The position numbers and the translations under genes were made by a program. Shown piece after piece: positions 19,948 to 31,157 of a stretch of DNA of 64,000 nucleotides. The notes beneath the pieces are model-generated. The model had not been told where the DNA came from. It searched no databases and saw only the letters and a program-made list of their open reading frames with translations. The stretch spans positions 1,055,736 through 1,119,735 of the forward strand of contig CBDHDG010000005.1 of NCBI GenBank assembly GCA_965261595.1. Reading direction: 5' to 3'. How positions within the stretch are numbered: position 1 is the stretch's first letter; each line of letters begins with the position of its first letter. Source of the DNA: a bacterium (GTDB taxonomy: Bacteria; UBA8248; JACPRG01; G963555815).

Positions 19948-22479
19948 GTGGACTCCATCTTCGATTGGCCAGGCAAGTCAGACAACCAAGGCAATGAGCG
20001 CCCAGCGGTCCTGCACATGCTGGATGTGACGGCGTGCGCCGAACGCCTGATCGACGGGCACACGGCGTTCGGTGGACTCTCCGGGGCTCAGCGCCGTGCG
20101 CTGGTGGTCCTGGTCGCACTCCACGATGTTGGGAAGCTGTCCGAAAGTTTCCGGGCCCTTATCCGCGTCGGCGAGAGGGGAGCACCGCCGCATTGGCAGC
20201 TCTCCGACTTTCTGCTGTGTGGGACCTTGGGCGTCGTGCTGGGCAGACTCGGTGCTGATGAATGGGTGCGCACACAATTGTACGCTGCCGTGGCCGGGCA
20301 TCACGGACAGCCGCCGACACGGGCAAGTGGTAATCGAACTGAGAGACGCAAGCGGCAGCGTGCCGTCGGTAGCGGCAAAGAGGCGGCGCTAGAGTGGGCA
20401 CTCCGACTGATGGAGGTGTTCCCGGACGCGTCGCTGGAAGGCATGACGTTCGACGACGCCAAGGCGCTCAGCTGGGCGTTGAGCGGCCTCACTGTTGCCG
20501 CGGACTGGGTGGGCTCGAATACCGACTGGTTCCCGGTTGAGCCGGGCCTTCACGATATTGAGGCAGCGCTTGCAGAATCGCGACGCCGCGCCGGTCGAGC
20601 GATTGAGGCAGCGGGTCTTGATCCGCCCTGTCCTGCACCGGTCGATGGCGACGCGCTCATCGGAGTGACCGAATTGCGACCGATGCAGCAGGCGGCATTA
20701 ACGATTGGGCTGGAGGAAGGACCTCAACTGGCGGTTCTCGAAGACGCGACCGGCACCGGAAAGACCGAGGCAGCTCTCATCCTGGCTCATCGCATGATGG
20801 CGGTGGGCAAGGCGCGAGGGTTGTTTTTTGCGCTCCCCACGATGGCGACCTCCGACGCCATGTTCGAGCGCATGAAAAAGATCGCGCCGGAGTTGTTCAA
20901 GACTTGGCCGTCGGTGGTGCTGACGCACAGTCGGGCGAAGCTAAGCGAAACTGTGCGGGGTTTGCGCGGAGCAAAGGCCGATGAAACCCCGGAGGCCGAT
21001 GGCGCCGCTTGGCTTACGGACAACCGCCGACGATCGTTGCTGGCGACAGTAGGGGTTGGGACGGTGGATCAGGGGCTGCTCGGCATCCTCCCCACCCGGT
21101 TCTCGACGCTCAGGCTGTTCGGCTTGGCGGACAAGGTGCTAATCGTCGACGAGGCCCACAGTTACGACCCCTATATGCAAGAGCAGTTGGAGACGTTGCT
21201 GAGAATGCAGGCCCAACTCGGCGGTTCGGCTATCCTGATGACTGCGACCCTGCCGTTGGAGATGCGCCGGGCGTACGTCGAAGCGTTCCGGGAGGGGATC
21301 GCGGCGGGAGCGGCAGACCTCTCGGCTATGTACTATCCCGGACTGCATCTTGTCGGTCGCGGGTTGTGCAGCCAAGTTGTTGAGCCCCTGGCCGAGAGTG
21401 TTCGGACTGTCTCGGTCGTTCGGCTTCCGAGAGCGGATGATGCAATGGACCTGCTGAAGGAGGCGGCGGGAAGGGGTGCGGCGTGCGTATGGGTGCGGAA
21501 CGCCGTCGATGACGCCATCGAGACGGCCGAGGCATTGAGGCGGCGGGGAGTGAATGTGGACCTGCTCCATGCCCGTTTCGCCATGGTCGACCGACTACGC
21601 CATGAACAGGCGATGCTGGGCCGGTTCGGAAAGAATGGGTTAGGACGTGAGGGGCGAATTCTGGTGGCGACGCAAGTGGTTGAGGCGTCGCTCGACCTCG
21701 ACTTCGACGTTATGGTCTCCGATCTCGCGCCGATCGGCTCGCTGATACAGAGAGCGGGCAGGCTTTGGCGACATATGGATGTGCGTCGTAAGGCCGTTCG
21801 TCCGTTCCCCAGCCCCACTTTGCACGTGGTTTCGCCGGACCCGGAGAAGGTGGACGGAGACGGCTGGCTTCACGACGTGCTCGATCGGGGGGCGTGGGTG
21901 TATCGTCTCGACCACCAGTGGCGGACAGCGAAGGCGATATTCGAGGCGGGCGAGATCGTCGCGCCGGACGGACTTCGCGCCTTGATCGAGGCTGTACACG
22001 GCGAGGGGGAGTTACAGGTCCCCAAGTTACTCGAGGAGGCGCAACAAACGGCCGATGGCCAGGCAATGGCCGAGGCGGGATTGGCGCACGTCAACGTGGT
22101 GGAAGGAGCGGCAGGCTATCTCACCGGAACCCGCGGATCGGTCGGCAATGACGCGCTGTTCCCGACGCGCCTCGGGGAGCCGCAAGTGGCGATGGTGCTG
22201 GCGCGACGCGACGGCGACCGCTTGCTTCCATGGGCAGAAGATGATGATCCGGCAGTGGCTTGGGCCTTGTCGGAGGTATCCGCCGCCCGTAAGCGATTCG
22301 AGCGCCTATTGCCGGATCAGGAAGCGCCGGAAATCCGTGACGTCAAGAAAAATTGGCCCGAATGGCGGCGTGAGGCCTACCATGTCTCCCCAGTAGACAA
22401 AGCTGGAGCGATTGGCGAAGGGATGCTATATGATTCCGAGCGAGGCCTCCATCTGCGCGCATTCCGTGACCCGTCTTGA
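19948..22479 (+). CDS. cas3: Type I CRISPR helicase-nuclease Cas3
   Basis: HD domain (HMLDV, LHDVGK, GHHG, ADW), Walker A ATGTGKT, DEAH, LMTAT, QRAGRLWRH. Confidence 0.97.
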   Translation: MDSIFDWPGKSDNQGNERPAVLHMLDVTACAERLIDGHTAFGGLSGAQRRALVVLVALHDVGKLSESFRALIRVGERGAPPHWQLSDFLLCGTLGVVLGRLGADEWVRTQLYAAVAGHHGQPPTRASGNRTERRKRQRAVGSGKEAALEWALRLMEVFPDASLEGMTFDDAKALSWALSGLTVAADWVGSNTDWFPVEPGLHDIEAALAESRRRAGRAIEAAGLDPPCPAPVDGDALIGVTELRPMQQAALTIGLEEGPQLAVLEDATGTGKTEAALILAHRMMAVGKARGLFFALPTMATSDAMFERMKKIAPELFKTWPSVVLTHSRAKLSETVRGLRGAKADETPEADGAAWLTDNRRRSLLATVGVGTVDQGLLGILPTRFSTLRLFGLADKVLIVDEAHSYDPYMQEQLETLLRMQAQLGGSAILMTATLPLEMRRAYVEAFREGIAAGAADLSAMYYPGLHLVGRGLCSQVVEPLAESVRTVSVVRLPRADDAMDLLKEAAGRGAACVWVRNAVDDAIETAEALRRRGVNVDLLHARFAMVDRLRHEQAMLGRFGKNGLGREGRILVATQVVEASLDLDFDVMVSDLAPIGSLIQRAGRLWRHMDVRRKAVRPFPSPTLHVVSPDPEKVDGDGWLHDVLDRGAWVYRLDHQWRTAKAIFEAGEIVAPDGLRALIEAVHGEGELQVPKLLEEAQQTADGQAMAEAGLAHVNVVEGAAGYLTGTRGSVGNDALFPTRLGEPQVAMVLARRDGDRLLPWAEDDDPAVAWALSEVSAARKRFERLLPDQEAPEIRDVKKNWPEWRREAYHVSPVDKAGAIGEGMLYDSERGLHLRAFRDPS

Positions 22480-22563
22480 CGAAGCTGTTCCGCTTTTTCG
22501 CGACTTGGGACGTTGAGAATGAACATTTAGCACCCTTGTGGCTGTTGTGCCCGGAGCCCCCGG

Positions 22564-24063
22564 ATGTCGTTGAACCTCATTACGGATCCATGGATTCCAG
22601 CCCTGCGGGGCAGGGAGCGCGTCACCATCCGCCCCGATCAGATTGCCGAGCCCGGCGTCACTACTCTTGTCTGGCAGCGGGCGGATTTCAACCTCGCCTG
22701 CCTCGAGCTCCTGATCGGGTTGGTCTCGATGGCCGATCCGCCGAAGGACGAGGCCGAGTGGTTCTCACGCCTCGACCAACCCGACGCCAAGCGACTCCGC
22801 GAGGCGCTGGCGCCGTTTGCGCCCTGCTTTGCGCTCGCGGGGGACGGGCCGCGCTTTCTTCAGGATCTGGAGGCCTTCGAGCAGGCGGCCAAACCTTCTT
22901 TAGTGGACATGCTGTTCATCGATTCCGCCGGCGGCTCGACCGCGTTGAAGAACGCCGATCTGATGGTCAAGCGTGACCGGTTTGACTCTCTCTCGCCCGC
23001 AGAGGCTGCAATGGCGCTCTACACGCTTCAGGCGTTCGCTCCACCCGGCGGAGCGGGCAACCGGACTTCCATGCGCGGCGGCGGGCCGATGACGACGCTT
23101 GTCCAGCCCCTGGACGAGGAAGGCGGGCGCTTCACGTTGTGGCGGCTGGTCTTCGCTAACGTCCTTCCCGGAGTGCCGCTCGCGGTGGAGGATGTGAAAG
23201 CCGCGCTGCCCTGGCTACGTCCGACGCGGACTTCGGAGAAAGGCCAGATCGTGACTCAGGAAGACGCGCACCCGCTGGAGGTGTTCTTCGGCATGCCCCG
23301 GCGGTTGAGGTTCGTATTCAGCAAGGAGGACCGGGTCGTGGACGTGGTCCAAAGGCCCTACGGGACGAACTACGCGGCGTGGGAGCACCCCCTGACGCCA
23401 TACTATCGCCAGAAGGAAGACGCCGCTGAATGGCTGCCGGCCCACCCCAAGGCCGGACGTCTCAGCTACCGAAACTGGTTGGGGGTTACAATGGAACCCG
23501 GCCAGGAAGGAAAAGGGACTCGACGCACCGCTAGAACCGTCCGCGAGTGCCGCAACCGTTCCCGAACACCGGACTTCGAGCTCATGGTCGGCGGTTGGAC
23601 GATGGACAACATGAAACCCGTCAGTTTTTCGCTCGACAAGTACCCCGCTTTTCCGGGTCTGGGCCAGGACGGCGAGGACCGGATTCGCCGATTCGTGGAG
23701 GCCGCGAATGCCGCTTCACGTGCCCTTCTCAAGCAGCTCAAGGCCGCCTGTCGGCTTGCGGGCACGTCCTCCGATATGGTGGCCGATTCCTTCTTCGCCG
23801 AGACCGAGGAGGAATTCATGAGAACGGTTCGACGAATCATCGATGGCACGGGGCCTGAAGTCGAGGAAGCGTGGCATCGAACCCTCAAAGATCGGACACT
23901 TTGTATGTTCGACGACCACGTCCTCGGCGGCCTCACCGACCGTGACATCGCGGGGATCGAAAGTCGGGTCATCGCCCGGCGCAAGTTGCTCGCTACGCTG
24001 GTGACGCAGGTTCGCAAGGAGATGGACCTGCCCCTACCCGACAAGAAGGAGAAACAGGCATGA
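22564..24063 (+). CDS. cas8e: Type I-E large subunit Cas8e (Cse1/CasA)
   Basis: MSLNLITDPWIP, RADF, SMRGGGP, WEHPLTPYY; operon position. Confidence 0.93.
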   Translation: MSLNLITDPWIPALRGRERVTIRPDQIAEPGVTTLVWQRADFNLACLELLIGLVSMADPPKDEAEWFSRLDQPDAKRLREALAPFAPCFALAGDGPRFLQDLEAFEQAAKPSLVDMLFIDSAGGSTALKNADLMVKRDRFDSLSPAEAAMALYTLQAFAPPGGAGNRTSMRGGGPMTTLVQPLDEEGGRFTLWRLVFANVLPGVPLAVEDVKAALPWLRPTRTSEKGQIVTQEDAHPLEVFFGMPRRLRFVFSKEDRVVDVVQRPYGTNYAAWEHPLTPYYRQKEDAAEWLPAHPKAGRLSYRNWLGVTMEPGQEGKGTRRTARTVRECRNRSRTPDFELMVGGWTMDNMKPVSFSLDKYPAFPGLGQDGEDRIRRFVEAANAASRALLKQLKAACRLAGTSSDMVADSFFAETEEEFMRTVRRIIDGTGPEVEEAWHRTLKDRTLCMFDDHVLGGLTDRDIAGIESRVIARRKLLATLVTQVRKEMDLPLPDKKEKQA

Positions 24064-24572
24064 CTGTCGGTGGTGTGGTCATCGAATGGTGGCGGTTTTC
24101 GCTGGGCCAAGATGACGGTGGGGCGCGGGCCGCACGCGCCCGTCTGAGGCGTTGTGATTCGCCTACCGAGGCGCTTGCGGTTTCCGAGACGCACGACCTC
24201 AACAGGCGGCTGAAGGGGATCGGGAAAACCCCGACGCCCGATCAGCTTGCACTCCTCACCACGACTTTTGCCGGGCTCAAGGGCATTGACGGCGATAAGC
24301 TCGCGGCCCTGTTCGGGAAAAAGAAAAACAGGGATGGTCCGCCTACGCTTAGCGAGCTGCGGTTCCAATCGTTGATTCGCCTTCGCTCGCGCCGCGATTT
24401 GATGGTGCCGCTTCGTCGTTCCATCGCGGTCCTTGGAGCCAACCCCGCCTGCGACGGACGAGCGTTGGCCGAAGATCTCTACTTCTGGAACGACGGGGTC
24501 CACAATCGGTGGTGTTTTCAATACTTCGGCGCCGAGTTCGCCGTAACCAACCAAGAGGAGAGTGTGCAATAA
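24060..24572 (+). CDS. cas11: Type I-E small subunit Cas11 (Cse2/CasB)
   Basis: ARARLRR, LSELRFQSL, W...YF C-terminus; ATGA overlap. Confidence 0.92.
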   Translation: MTVGGVVIEWWRFSLGQDDGGARAARARLRRCDSPTEALAVSETHDLNRRLKGIGKTPTPDQLALLTTTFAGLKGIDGDKLAALFGKKKNRDGPPTLSELRFQSLIRLRSRRDLMVPLRRSIAVLGANPACDGRALAEDLYFWNDGVHNRWCFQYFGAEFAVTNQEESVQ

Positions 24573-25648
24573 TGCGCTTCGTGCAACTTCACTTCCTGAC
24601 CGTCTATCCGCCCTCAAACCCCAACCGAGACGACATGGGCCGCCCGAAGACGGCGGTCTACGGGGGCGTTCATCGGCTTCGGCTGTCGTCGCAGTCATTG
24701 AAACGAGCGGCCCGCCTGTCGGCTGCCCTGTCCGACGCCTTGAAGGGCAACATGGGCGAGCGCACCCAACGTCTTGGCGACGAGGTGATGAAGCATCTGC
24801 GCGAACGGGGCGCGGACGACGGGGAGGCTCGCGAAATCGCCAAACAGGTGGCCGAGGTCTTCGGCAAGTTCGACACCGAGGCGGAAAAGAAAAACCCGGA
24901 CCATATCCGTATCAGACAGTTGGCGTTCATTTCGCCCGATGAACGACAGGCAGCGATGGAGATGGCGGAGCGGGCCCTGGCCGGCGAATCCCTCGACAAG
25001 GAAACCGGGAATCGCGGCAAGAAAATCCTGCGCACCGCCGACGGTGCGGTCGACCTCGCCATGTTCGGGCGCATGCTGGCCGATGCGCCGGATTTCAATC
25101 GCGAGGCGGCGGTGCAGGTTTCGCACGCCATCACTACTCATCGGGCCGAGGTCGAGGACGACTTCTATACGGCCGCCGACGACCTGAAGAAACCGGCCGA
25201 AGACGTGGGCGCGGGGTTCGTCGGCGAGGCCGGGTTCGGGTCCGGCGTATATTACCTCTATGTCTGCATCGATACCGCCCGGATGGTGGAGAACCTCGCA
25301 GGCGATCGCGCGTTGGCGAGAAAAGCGCTGGAGGTGGTTAGCGAAGCGTTCGCCACCGCCAGTCCGTCCGGCAAGCGCAACAGCTATAGTCACCACACCC
25401 GCGCCTCGTACATTCGCGCGGAGGCCGGAGACCAGCAACCACGAAGTCTCGCGGCGGCGTTCCTAAACCCTGTCAGTGCGGAAGACCTTCTCGGCGAATC
25501 CATCAACCGGCTCCGGAAGACGGCGGGCGCCATTGACAAGGCCTACGGCGCTTCGGTCGACGAGTCGGCGGAGATGGATCTGGTCAGCGGTTCCGGCACC
25601 CTGGCCGAGATCAAGGCTTTCTTGGCCAGGCAGGTGCGCGATGCGTGA
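24572..25648 (+). CDS. cas7: Type I-E backbone Cas7 (Cse4/CasC)
   Basis: NPNRDDMGRPKT, SSQSLKRA, DLAMFGRMLA, EDDFYTA, SGKRNSY. Confidence 0.96.
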   Translation: MRFVQLHFLTVYPPSNPNRDDMGRPKTAVYGGVHRLRLSSQSLKRAARLSAALSDALKGNMGERTQRLGDEVMKHLRERGADDGEAREIAKQVAEVFGKFDTEAEKKNPDHIRIRQLAFISPDERQAAMEMAERALAGESLDKETGNRGKKILRTADGAVDLAMFGRMLADAPDFNREAAVQVSHAITTHRAEVEDDFYTAADDLKKPAEDVGAGFVGEAGFGSGVYYLYVCIDTARMVENLAGDRALARKALEVVSEAFATASPSGKRNSYSHHTRASYIRAEAGDQQPRSLAAAFLNPVSAEDLLGESINRLRKTAGAIDKAYGASVDESAEMDLVSGSGTLAEIKAFLARQVRDA

Positions 25649-26375
25649 GCATCTGGTGTTCCTCCTATCCGCGCCCATGGCTTCGTTCGGTGGCTATGCG
25701 GGTCACGAACGTCGGGGGAGCGGGCTGGTCCCCATGCGTTCGGCGGTGCTGGGACTGGTGGGCGCAGCACTGGGTATCGACCGGGTGGACACCGAGGGTC
25801 AGGCGGCCCTTCGCGCGTATTCGGTGGCCGTCCAGCCGTTTCAACAATCGGTGCCGCTTCGCGATTATCACACGGTGCAAACGGTTCCGACGGCCAGGGC
25901 CAAACGGCCCCCGACCCGAAAACATGCGCTGGCGCGCGTCGGACGCAACATCAACACGATTATTACCATTCGCGATTACCGATGCGACGTGCTGATCGGC
26001 GTTGCGCTGTGGGGCGATGGCCGATGGACGCTCGACCTTCTTGGAGAGCGCCTGCGGCGTCCGGTGTTTCCCCTCTATCTCGGTCGCAAGTCATGCCCGC
26101 TGGCAAGTCCCCTCAACCCTGGCGTGGTGATGGCGACTGGGCCGGTCGAGGCGCTGGCTCGCATCGAAATTCCCGAATGGCTGCGCCCCGCAAGGTGGTC
26201 CGAACAAGAGCGTCGGCGATACCTCGTCCATTCCGATCCGGTGGACGGTTTTGACCGCCCGCCATCGACTGAACAGATGCCGAGTGAGCCGCTCGATCGC
26301 CAGGCTTGGACCTTCGGCGAATGGACCGTCTGGCATCTGGGAGACCACCGGAGCGAACATGGAGGCCAGGCATGA
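25641..26375 (+). CDS. cas5: Type I-E Cas5 (CasD)
   Basis: APMASFG, SAVLGLVGAALG, RDYHT, LYLGRKSCP. Confidence 0.95.
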   Translation: MREHLVFLLSAPMASFGGYAGHERRGSGLVPMRSAVLGLVGAALGIDRVDTEGQAALRAYSVAVQPFQQSVPLRDYHTVQTVPTARAKRPPTRKHALARVGRNINTIITIRDYRCDVLIGVALWGDGRWTLDLLGERLRRPVFPLYLGRKSCPLASPLNPGVVMATGPVEALARIEIPEWLRPARWSEQERRRYLVHSDPVDGFDRPPSTEQMPSEPLDRQAWTFGEWTVWHLGDHRSEHGGQA

Positions 26376-27097
26376 CGCATTACCTGACACGCGCCGTGCT
26401 CAATCGAAAAGCGCCGGAACACGCGCTCAGGCCTTTGCTCGACCCACTGGACGCGGACGCGGCGTTCGATGCCCATCACCGGTTGATGTGGACGTTGTTC
26501 CCGGATCCCGATGCGAAGCGCGACTTCCTGTGGCGCGCTGACGACAATGGCAAGTTCTTGATCCTTTCTGCCCGTGAACCGCAGGGCTCGCGCCTGTTCG
26601 GGCCGCTTGAGTCCAAGCCCTTCGAGCCGATGTTGGTGGCGGGAGACCGGCTCGTGTTCATCTTGCGAGCCAACGTCACCAAGGACCGACGGTCCGGCCC
26701 GCAAGACGACGTCCCCCCAGGCACCAAGCGCAGGCCACGCAAGGATCGCCGTGTCGATATAGTGATGCATGCGATGCGGGAGCAGGGAATCAAGGGCGGG
26801 ACCACCGGCGCCGATTCCCGCGCCGCCCGGCGCATGGATGTGGCCAGGGAGGCAGCGCTGACGTGGCTCGCCGCTCAAGGCGAGCGCCGGGGTTTTTCGG
26901 TCGATGCGTTGGCGGTCGAGGACTACCGAGTCTGTAAATTGAAGCGCCGGGGTGGCAAGGAGGCAACCTTCGGCGTGATTGATCTCAGGGGCCTGTTGTC
27001 CGTTCGAGACCCGAAGGCCTTCACTAGTGCGTTATTCACGGGTTTTGGCCGCTCCAAGGCCTACGGTTGCGGCCTGATGCTAGTGCGCCGAACCTGA
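26372..27097 (+). CDS. cas6e: Type I-E Cas6e (Cse3/CasE)
   Basis: HRLMWTLF, FLWR, LRAN and G-rich loop GFGRSKAYGCGLM. Confidence 0.96.
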   Translation: MTHYLTRAVLNRKAPEHALRPLLDPLDADAAFDAHHRLMWTLFPDPDAKRDFLWRADDNGKFLILSAREPQGSRLFGPLESKPFEPMLVAGDRLVFILRANVTKDRRSGPQDDVPPGTKRRPRKDRRVDIVMHAMREQGIKGGTTGADSRAARRMDVAREAALTWLAAQGERRGFSVDALAVEDYRVCKLKRRGGKEATFGVIDLRGLLSVRDPKAFTSALFTGFGRSKAYGCGLMLVRRT

Positions 27098-27112
27098 ATC
27101 GTGGTCAGATCG

Positions 27113-28334
<1,222 letters not shown>

Positions 28335-28446
28335 GGAGCGAGGAACCGCTAAAAGCCATGACCGAAGCCTTGAACAAAGCCCGGAAAAAATCGGTAACCC
28401 GGGGCGATGCCGAATATGGCTTTTGAATCAATAGGTTCCAGGAAGT
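28335..28446 (+). promoter_or_regulatory. CRISPR leader with IHF-like site
   Basis: Lies between cas2 and repeat 1; AATCAATAGGTTC at 28426-28438 is one mismatch from WATCAANNNNTTR. Confidence 0.7.
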
Positions 28447-31098
28447 ATGTTCCCCGCCCACGCGGGGATGAACCGGGGGCATGGCTATAAAAATCCACGA
28501 GGCAGGTATGTTCCCCGCCCACGCGGGGATGAACCGGAGCCTCGTAGAAGATTGGCTCCTTGGCCCAGATGTTCCCCGCCCACGCGGGGATGAACCGGTT
28601 GAGAATGGCTATAAATATGCAACATCACAATGTTCCCCGCCCACGCGGGGATGAACCGGTTCACTCTAATTACGAGAGCCTGAATGACCGATGTTCCCCG
28701 CCCACGCGGGGATGAACCGTTGGCTGAGAGATTTATTTCTGAACCGGATAAATGTTCCCCGCCCACGCGGGGATGAACCGGGCGCCCATACCAGCCATTG
28801 GGATGTGAAGGCATGTTCCCCGCCCACGCGGGGATGAACCGTAGGGGGGAAACGAAATGTTTGCCGCTCGACTATGTTCCCCGCCCACGCGGGGATGAAC
28901 CGGGGATCGAACTCAAGAAGAGCGATGGCAGCCTATGTTCCCCGCCCACGCGGGGATGAACCGATCGAATCTCTACTGAAGCTGGCGGTTCTGATATGTT
29001 CCCCGCCCACGCGGGGATGAACCGTGAGATAGCACACTTGATCCCATCCACCATGTATGTTCCCCGCCCACGCGGGGATGAACCGTTTTGCGCAAACGAA
29101 TCTGGCGAAGCTGAATAATGTTCCCCGCCCACGCGGGGATGAACCGGATGTCAATAAGACTGAAGCTGTTTGTCGAAAATGTTCCCCGCCCACGCGGGGA
29201 TGAACCGGTTCAACACTGCGATTCTTTCGGACGTGATATATGTTCCCCGCCCACGCGGGGATGAACCGACGGGATGGCCGACGCCAGTTCAGACAGACAG
29301 ATGTTCCCCGCCCACGCGGGGATGAACCGGAGACATGGGCTAAGATTTCTGAGCCGCTAGGATGTTCCCCGCCCACGCGGGGATGAACCGTTGCTTGAGG
29401 TCCACACGGGGGAGAAGATCTCATGTTCCCCGCCCACGCGGGGATGAACCGGGTCTTTGAGGTAGACAAAACTGGAGGGGGAGATGTTCCCCGCCCACGC
29501 GGGGATGAACCGACAGCGGCATACAGGAAGCTCAGGCCGCTGGTATGTTCCCCGCCCACGCGGGGATGAACCGTATGAGGATGTTATGAGCTTGGCCGAT
29601 GATCTATGTTCCCCGCCCACGCGGGGATGAACCGGTGTTCGGGCTGCTCTGTACGGATCATCCGTGATGTTCCCCGCCCACGCGGGGATGAACCGGATAA
29701 CTGAATGAGCCGCTGAGCCGAGATTCAATGTTCCCCGCCCACGCGGGGATGAACCGCAGGCCGTCAACGTCTTGACCCTGGCGGAAGCATGTTCCCCGCC
29801 CACGCGGGGATGAACCGATTGAGTCGTACTCCGAGGGATATCGGCATGGATGTTCCCCGCCCACGCGGGGATGAACCGGAGTGTCAGGGTCAGGGACTTC
29901 CCAAAGCTCAATGTTCCCCGCCCACGCGGGGATGAACCGGAGGGTCCGCTCTCCAGGGTTACGGAAGCAGGATGTTCCCCGCCCACGCGGGGATGAACCG
30001 AAAGAAGGGGGAGGCTGAATGAGTGAACACACATGTTCCCCGCCCACGCGGGGATGAACCGGTGGCCGCGGTAAACGATGACCAGCTGGAGACATGTTCC
30101 CCGCCCACGCGGGGATGAACCGAATTACCTGTTACGATTCGGATTGTATCACCAATGTTCCCCGCCCACGCGGGGATGAACCGGAGAAACCTTGATGGTC
30201 AATCCGCCAATTGGAATGTTCCCCGCCCACGCGGGGATGAACCGGTACTATAGCGGGCCGAAGGAACACCAGGCGAATGTTCCCCGCCCACGCGGGGATG
30301 AACCGGACGCGGTTGAATTGAAGGCGCTTATCCTTCAATGTTCCCCGCCCACGCGGGGATGAACCGTAGTACGTCGTCCCATCCGCAAGCCCGGTTATAT
30401 GTTCCCCGCCCACGCGGGGATGAACCGACGGCGGGCGAGTGGGCCGCCAAGGACGTATCATGTTCCCCGCCCACGCGGGGATGAACCGGCGAGAATAGAT
30501 GCCATTCCAAAGTCAGAAGAATGTTCCCCGCCCACGCGGGGATGAACCGGAAGTCGCCGATCTAATCGTTGAGGCTATTTCATGTTCCCCGCCCACGCGG
30601 GGATGAACCGAATGAGCCGTCCTGACGAGGTATGCTGCTCTGATGTTCCCCGCCCACGCGGGGATGAACCGCCTGTAAAAGCCCCGCTGCATCCGAGAGG
30701 CTGATGTTCCCCGCCCACGCGGGGATGAACCGGAGAAAGAGGGCGAAATTGCCAGGGTCCGGGAATGTTCCCCGCCCACGCGGGGATGAACCGGAAAACC
30801 AGATTGAGCTGTCTCTCATGCGCGAATGTTCCCCGCCCACGCGGGGATGAACCGATCGTCAATGAATCGAATGAACAATGGCTCATGTGTTCCCCGCCCA
30901 CGCGGGGATGAACCGGTTTTACTTCATGCGCCGCCGTCTCGGGCATGATGTTCCCCGCCCACGCGGGGATGAACCGGCAGAATTGGCAAGCGTCGCCATG
31001 GTCCGGGTATGTTCCCCGCCCACGCGGGAATGAACCGGTAGAGGCTCGCGCTCGCGCTGCACGGCTACGATGTTCCCCGCCCACGCGGGGATGAACCG
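28447..31098 (+). CRISPR. Type I-E array: 44 repeats ATGTTCCCCGCCCACGCGGGGATGAACCG (29 bp) and 43 spacers of 32 bp
   Basis: 61-bp period (28447+43x61=31070); variants noticed only in distal repeats 41 (first base G) and 43 (GGGA). Confidence 0.99.
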
Positions 31099-31156
31099 GT
31101 TCGTAATAGAAGACGCCCTGGGAGGCCGCGGCCACGGCGCCTATCGAGGCGACCAT
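31099..31156 (-). pseudogene. traI: First 19 codons of a second MOB_F relaxase, fused to the CRISPR array
   Basis: MVASIGAVAAASQGVFYYE versus MVASIGVVSAPSQGAGYYE of the intact copy; same 1-bp spacing to traD. Confidence 0.85.
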
Positions 31157-31157
31157 G

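Noticed and set aside
28476..28629. Spacers 1 and 3 share ATGGCTATAAA
   Set aside because: A single 11-mer with differing flanks; not interpretable without protospacers
28485..30840. Repetitive minus-strand ORFs (VHPRVGGEH, RFIPAWAGN)
   Set aside because: Translations of CRISPR repeats
28476..31069. Spacers self-targeting this window
   Set aside because: None found by eye; the check was not exhaustive and needs BLASTn-short
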